64,000 nt of DNA from Alphaproteobacteria bacterium (lineage in GTDB: Bacteria > Pseudomonadota > Alphaproteobacteria > Bin95), in contig CBDBGH010000001.1 in the NCBI GenBank assembly GCA_965205265.1, forward strand, positions 64,001 to 128,000, given 5' to 3'. Made by a program: the position numbers and the translations under genes. Positions within the stretch are counted from its first letter, which is position 1. Each line of letters starts with the position of its first letter. Below are positions 58,937-64,000 of this stretch, piece after piece. The notes under the pieces are model-generated. The model searched no databases. It was not told the origin of the DNA and saw only the letters and a program-made list of their open reading frames with translations.

Positions 58937-61930
58937 TCAAGCGGCTTCCCGGGCCTGCCGCAATGCGCGGTTGAAGAAGTGGCATGTCGCCTTCTCGCGC
59001 GCTTCCTGATCCGACAGCACGATGTTCCGCATCTCGCTGTCGCGCTGGAACAGGCGGATCGCTCCCTGCAGGAACGCATCCGCGAACGCCGAATACACCA
59101 CGTCCGGGGGGTTCCTGCGCAGCATTTCGGAAAGCTCCCCGTCGAGGATATCGCGGTTGACCTGCTCGAAGCGGATCATGTCGCCCTCGGTGAACCGGGT
59201 GCCGTGCCGTTCGTTGAACGCCTTCACGAGTTCCGACAGATCCTTTCTCTCGTCCTCCGTGTAGGGCTTCGCGCCGAACGCGCTGATGGGATCAAGCCCT
59301 TCCGTGTCACCGGCGGACAGGGAGGCGCTTCCCTCTTCCTTGCGGTCGACCCTGAACGCCTGCAGGCTGAGCATGTCCTCCGTGACCTCGATATCCGGTG
59401 GAATCCCGCGGTTCGGCAGCAGACGGGACAGCCAGCCGCCGTAGCAGGCCAGCTTCTCGAGTTCCGTGTCCTCCAGCGAGACGACCTGGGCGATGAAGGC
59501 GTAGAAGCGGCCGTAGCTCCCCAGGAGCTGGCGGAACCCCTCCTGCCGACCTTCGTCATCGTCGGCCTGGAACCGGTTGACCGCCTCCCGCACGAGTCCC
59601 TCGAGGCGCGGGCGGTCGGCGGCGCGGAGCGCTCCCCCGAAAAAGGTCCGGGCGAAGCGCTCGATATCGTCCCTGTCGAGGTAGCCGGAAGCGAAGAGCC
59701 GCCTTTCCAGGTCATATATCTGGTTGGGATCGGACATCGCATCGATGGCGGTTGCCTCATAGTACGGCCTGAAGGCTTCCTGGATGTCCTCGATGGTGTT
59801 CTGGAAGTCGAGGATGAAGGTTCGCTCCTTGCCCGGACAGGTCCTGTTCAGCCGGGAGAGCGTCTGCACCGCCTGGAGTCCGGAGAGCCTGCGGTCGACA
59901 TACATGGCGCACAGCCTGGGCTGGTCGAAGCCCGTCTGGTATTTCTCGGCCACGATCAGGATGTGGTAGGTATCGGGATACGGCGTCCCATCCACCCTGA
60001 GACCGTCGAAGCGTCCGGGAAGCTCGGTCTCGGCGAACCCGTTGAGCGACGTTTCGGTGAAGGTCTCCCCATCAAGCCTGAGATCGCCGGAGAAGGCGAC
60101 CAGCGCGTTCATGTCGTCATAGCCGTGGTTCCTGAGGTATTCCCTCACGGCGAGGAAATACCTGAGCGCATGCTCACGGCTCTGGGTGACGACCATCGCC
60201 TTCGCCTGTCCGTCCAGTTCGTGCAGGACGTGGCGGCGGAAATGCTCGACGATGATCCCGACCTTCTGGCCGATGGCCGTCGGGTGCAGGCTGGCGAAAC
60301 GTGCCACCGCTTTCTGGCCCCTGCGCCTGTACAGTTCAGGATCGTCCGCGATCGTCTTTTCCAGCTGGTAGTACGCCTCGTAGGTCATGTAGTTCCGCAG
60401 CACATCGAGAATGAACCCTTCCCCGATCGCCTGCCGCATCGAGTAGAGGTGGAACGGTTCGGGAAGCCCGTCCTCTCCGGTCATGCCAAAGCGTTCCAGG
60501 GTGACGTTGCGTGGCGTTGCGGTGAATGCGAGGAAGCTGATGTTCGCCTGCGGACCGCGCGCCTTCTGGTAGGCTGCGATCAGATCCTCGATGTCGTCGC
60601 TCGAACCGGCCTCCCGCGTCAGCGCGTCGGTCATGGCCTGGGCGCTCCTGCCCGACTGGCTCGAATGGGCCTCGTCCACGATGACGGCGAAATTGCGGTG
60701 TCCCTGCCCCGACAGTTCGGCCAGATGATCGGTGGAGAATTTCTGGATGGTGGTTACGATGATCCTTGCGCCGCCGGCGATGGCCTCCTTCAGCTGGCGG
60801 GATGTGCCGTCGATCCTCCTGACGACACCGGCTGTCCGCTCGAACTGCGACACCGTCTCCTGGAGCTGCCTGTCGAGGACAACCCGGTCGGTCACGATGA
60901 CCGCGGTGTCGAAGACCGCCCGGTCCCCGGCGTCATGCAGGTTGACCGCGTGATGCGCCAGCCAGGCGATGGTGTTGGATTTCCCGGAGCCTGCGGAGTG
61001 CTGGACCAGATAGTTCGAGCCGGTGCCGTGCTTGCCGGCATGGGCCATGATCCTGCGGACCGCGTCGAGCTGGTGGTAGCGCGGGAAGATCATCGCCGCT
61101 TTCCGGCCGCGGCCCTCAAGGTGCATGAACCGCCAGATGACGTCGAGCAGCACCGGGCGGGACAGGACCGCTTCGCCCCACGGGCCCGCCCTGTAGAGGT
61201 AGGCGATGCGGTGCTCATCCGGGATGTCCGCGTTACCGGCTCCTCCGTCACGTCCCCGGTTGAAGGGCAGGAAACGGGTCCGTCCGTTCATGAGCCGCGT
61301 CGTCATCGAGACATTGTCTTCGTCGAGCGCGAAATGGACAAGCGCACCGCGCCTGAAGGTCAGGAGAGGCTCGCCGGCCGGGGAGCGGTCGGTCCGGTAC
61401 TGCCTCTCGGCGTGCCGGAAGGTCGTGCCCGTCGGGATGTTCTTGACCTCCATCGTCACGACGGGCAGGCCGTTCAGGAAGAGCACCACGTCGATCCGGT
61501 TGCCGCACCGGGTGCTGTATTCGACCTCCTTCATGACCGAGAGGATGTTGGATTCGTATTCACGGATGCGTTCAGGAACCAGAGCGCTCGCTGGACGGGG
61601 AAAGCAGAGCTGGAACCTGATATTGGGTACGATCGTGATGCCGTTGCGGAGCACGTCGAGCGGCCCGCGTTCCCTGAGGTTCAGGTTCCGTTCCAGCTGT
61701 TTGAGGAAATACTCCCCGGCATTGCCTTTCTGTTGCCTGTAAAGTCTGTCCCATGCGTCCGGCTGCGATTCCTGGACGAAACGCAGCGTGAGCGCCCTGT
61801 CCATCGCGAGGGCGCGGTCGTAATCGGTCGTGGGGTCTCGTGGCTCATAGCCCTCGCCTGCAACCAGCTGCGCAACCATGTGGTCCTGAAGCATGCGCTC
61901 CTGATGGAGATTCCGGGCGGAAACGGTCAT
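58937..61930 (-). CDS. hsdR: Type I restriction enzyme R subunit
   Basis: RIDVVLFLNGLP..TMEVK, HSAGSGKS, TTIQKF, VDEAHSS, FTATP, QTGFDQP. Confidence 0.95.
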   Translation of the reverse strand: MTVSARNLHQERMLQDHMVAQLVAGEGYEPRDPTTDYDRALAMDRALTLRFVQESQPDAWDRLYRQQKGNAGEYFLKQLERNLNLRERGPLDVLRNGITIVPNIRFQLCFPRPASALVPERIREYESNILSVMKEVEYSTRCGNRIDVVLFLNGLPVVTMEVKNIPTGTTFRHAERQYRTDRSPAGEPLLTFRRGALVHFALDEDNVSMTTRLMNGRTRFLPFNRGRDGGAGNADIPDEHRIAYLYRAGPWGEAVLSRPVLLDVIWRFMHLEGRGRKAAMIFPRYHQLDAVRRIMAHAGKHGTGSNYLVQHSAGSGKSNTIAWLAHHAVNLHDAGDRAVFDTAVIVTDRVVLDRQLQETVSQFERTAGVVRRIDGTSRQLKEAIAGGARIIVTTIQKFSTDHLAELSGQGHRNFAVIVDEAHSSQSGRSAQAMTDALTREAGSSDDIEDLIAAYQKARGPQANISFLAFTATPRNVTLERFGMTGEDGLPEPFHLYSMRQAIGEGFILDVLRNYMTYEAYYQLEKTIADDPELYRRRGQKAVARFASLHPTAIGQKVGIIVEHFRRHVLHELDGQAKAMVVTQSREHALRYFLAVREYLRNHGYDDMNALVAFSGDLRLDGETFTETSLNGFAETELPGRFDGLRVDGTPYPDTYHILIVAEKYQTGFDQPRLCAMYVDRRLSGLQAVQTLSRLNRTCPGKERTFILDFQNTIEDIQEAFRPYYEATAIDAMSDPNQIYDLERRLFASGYLDRDDIERFARTFFGGALRAADRPRLEGLVREAVNRFQADDDEGRQEGFRQLLGSYGRFYAFIAQVVSLEDTELEKLACYGGWLSRLLPNRGIPPDIEVTEDMLSLQAFRVDRKEEGSASLSAGDTEGLDPISAFGAKPYTEDERKDLSELVKAFNERHGTRFTEGDMIRFEQVNRDILDGELSEMLRRNPPDVVYSAFADAFLQGAIRLFQRDSEMRNIVLSDQEAREKATCHFFNRALRQAREAA

Positions 61931-63165
61931 TCGCGACCCTCCGGTTTCGAGTGCGTCCGGAGGTCGGTTTGCCTGGCCTCAGCCCAGGTCGCAACGTCGA
62001 TCTGGCCGGTGACCGCGGCGGTGATCAAAGCGGAACGGAACTCTCGAAGGAGAACGATCGACCGTTGCGTTTTTTCGACAATCTGCACAATCGTCGAGCG
62101 CCACGAGCGAAACTCATCAACAAAGCCGCACTGAAATTCCTTGGAAGGAAGCGGTATCTTGAAGCTGTAGAAGGCCTCAGTGCCTAAAGATGGCACAGCA
62201 CCAGGTTGAACCATTGATTTCATGTTTGCTTGTGACAAGCCAAGCAGGGCGAAATCCGGCTCGATCAGCCTGCCATTCGGAACGAACGCTGACATGTTGT
62301 TGTCAATGCAGGCAGCGCGGCCAAGCATTGAGAACCTTCCCAAGAGAACCGCGGCGCCGATTTTGGCGAAAACGATAGTGCCTTTGGGAAAGACTGTTGC
62401 TCGCAACGATCGTGCGATGTCTTCGGAAACCGTATCGTCTGTGTCGGTGATCGTTGCGTCAAGACCGTGAATCGCGAGATGTTTCACCTTGAAGAAGGCG
62501 ATGTCATTGGATGGGTCACCTTGAAGATTAACGGGAAATCCCGCGCCGTTCTTCAGCTTGCCGAGCAGACGAACACGCCATGCACGAGCATCTATCTGCG
62601 AAAACTTGTGCGCGATGTACGAATTCTCCCATTCCTGTACGAGTTCCGTCAAGCGCCGCTTCCTCTCGACCAGCCGGTCGATGCGGGCGGTCTCGCGGTC
62701 GAGGAAATCGGCGATGCGGCGCTGGGTGGTGAGGTCGGGCAAGTCGATTCCCATCGACAGAAAGGCATCTGGATATAAGCGAAGGCGTGACTCGATGATT
62801 CCCTTTGAACGCGCTTTGAAGACCGTATGCATATGTGCGGAGCGCAAGTAGTGGTGAATGAATCGCTGATCTGCGTAGAGCGGGTTCACCTGATAGACGG
62901 CATATGCTGGGCTAACAATTCCATCGTAGTCAGATACGCCGTACGCGCCTTTCCAAGCCAGCATATAGTTCATTACCAAGTCGCCTGCGTATACCCTACG
63001 GTATCCTTCCAATGACTCTGCGCGACTTTCGGCAGCATCTTCGCCAAAGACTTCGGCGCGTGGTTTCACGCCAAAGTATTCAGAGACTGACAATAGCGTC
63101 TCCTGACCTGTGGCGGAAAACTCAATTCGTTCGGGCATGAAATGCTTGAAACGCCTACGGCTCAC
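61927..63165 (-). CDS. hsdS: Type I RM specificity subunit
   Basis: PDLTTQRRIADFLDRETARID, ALITAAVTGQID; two lower-GC TRDs; GTGA overlap with hsdM. Confidence 0.92.
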   Translation of the reverse strand: MSRRRFKHFMPERIEFSATGQETLLSVSEYFGVKPRAEVFGEDAAESRAESLEGYRRVYAGDLVMNYMLAWKGAYGVSDYDGIVSPAYAVYQVNPLYADQRFIHHYLRSAHMHTVFKARSKGIIESRLRLYPDAFLSMGIDLPDLTTQRRIADFLDRETARIDRLVERKRRLTELVQEWENSYIAHKFSQIDARAWRVRLLGKLKNGAGFPVNLQGDPSNDIAFFKVKHLAIHGLDATITDTDDTVSEDIARSLRATVFPKGTIVFAKIGAAVLLGRFSMLGRAACIDNNMSAFVPNGRLIEPDFALLGLSQANMKSMVQPGAVPSLGTEAFYSFKIPLPSKEFQCGFVDEFRSWRSTIVQIVEKTQRSIVLLREFRSALITAAVTGQIDVATWAEARQTDLRTHSKPEGRE

Positions 63166-64000
63166 CCCGCCACTTCCTTCAGCAGCCCCGCGATTTCCGC
63201 TTCCAGCGCCTTCAGCTCGGCGTCTATCTCCTCCAGCGGGCGCGGGGGCACGTAGCTGTAGAAGTAACGGTTGAAGTTGATCTCGTAACCGACGCGGCCG
63301 ACCTGCCGGTCCCGGGAATCCACGTAGCTCCCGTCGACCCATGCGTCCGGCACGAAGGGCAGGACCTCGCGCTCCATGTAGTCCCGCCAGTCCTCGCCCA
63401 GGGGCACGCGCTCGTGGTCGCGCAGCTCGGTGTCCGGCTCCGGTCCGCCGTCCTTCCCGATGCAGACGTCCGCCGTTTCGTCCCGCTCGGAGAGCGCGGC
63501 CAGGATCGCCTTCCTGACCGGTGCGCCGGTCTTCAGGCCGCTGGCATCCAGCGCTTCCGACAGGGCCTTCCCGAAGGCGTCCCGATTGGTGAAGGTACCG
63601 TCACCCATGGTGCGGAGCGCGGCCTCGATGGCGGCCCTGCTGGCCCCGTCCTGCCGCGCATAGGCCCTCTGGCCGGAAAGGCGGGCAAGGCGTTCGGCAT
63701 CGACCCGGAAGTTCAGCCTCAGCGGACGCTCGACGCGGATCTCGCGGTAGCCGAAGTCGGCGGTGTCGAAGACGCGTGAAACCTCGTCCTCCCCCTCGCC
63801 GCCGCTCAGGAAGCCCGCGTGGATGCGCACGATCCCGGCCCGCGCCTCTTCCGGGATCTCCCGGCGCTTGCTGCCCAGGGACTTCCGCATGGATTTCCAG
63901 AAACGCTCGCCGCTCGCGTCGACCAGCTGCACCTTGCCCCGCCGGCTCTCGGGCTTGCGGTTGGTCAGCAGCCACACATAGGTCTGGATGCCGGTGTTGT
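63162..64000 (-). CDS. hsdM: Type I RM methyltransferase subunit, 3' part (runs off the window)
   Basis: NTGIQTYVW, MRKSLGSKR, VGYEINFNRYFY...RPLEEIDAEL. Confidence 0.92.
   Translation of the reverse strand, partial: NTGIQTYVWLLTNRKPESRRGKVQLVDASGERFWKSMRKSLGSKRREIPEEARAGIVRIHAGFLSGGEGEDEVSRVFDTADFGYREIRVERPLRLNFRVDAERLARLSGQRAYARQDGASRAAIEAALRTMGDGTFTNRDAFGKALSEALDASGLKTGAPVRKAILAALSERDETADVCIGKDGGPEPDTELRDHERVPLGEDWRDYMEREVLPFVPDAWVDGSYVDSRDRQVGRVGYEINFNRYFYSYVPPRPLEEIDAELKALEAEIAGLLKEVAG

Overview
GC-rich (roughly 65-70%) segment that reads as an alphaproteobacterial (Rhodobacterales-like) plasmid. The replication and partition core has parA-parB with two perfect 28-bp palindromes, a DnaA-like Rep with GGGTGACA repeats, and a plasmid dnaB. 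A MOBQ TraA relaxase-helicase sits beside a putative oriT; no T4SS or coupling protein is in the window. The rest is a dense, partly decayed accessory region: about seven RM loci, about twelve TA loci or fragments, four paralogous mosaic AAA+ ATPases, an RTX protein, a metalloprotease lipoprotein, two IS110 copies, an IS1595 carrying an RM operon, a DUF4338-IS4-like element and Tn3 remnants. Main observations: (1) the two 1469-bp IS110 copies share a donor-binding loop but have different target-binding loops, each matching its own insertion site (a naturally retargeted bridge-RNA pair), and excision of one would rebuild the RTX frame; (2) the C-terminal domain of TraA recurs on two non-relaxase ORFs, one inside an unrecognised cassette that reappears elsewhere with a different C-terminal module; (3) the IS1595 carries a translationally coupled NotI-like RM pair; (4) decayed genes show many A/T to G/C changes. 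All family assignments come from recognising motifs by eye; no database search was run.
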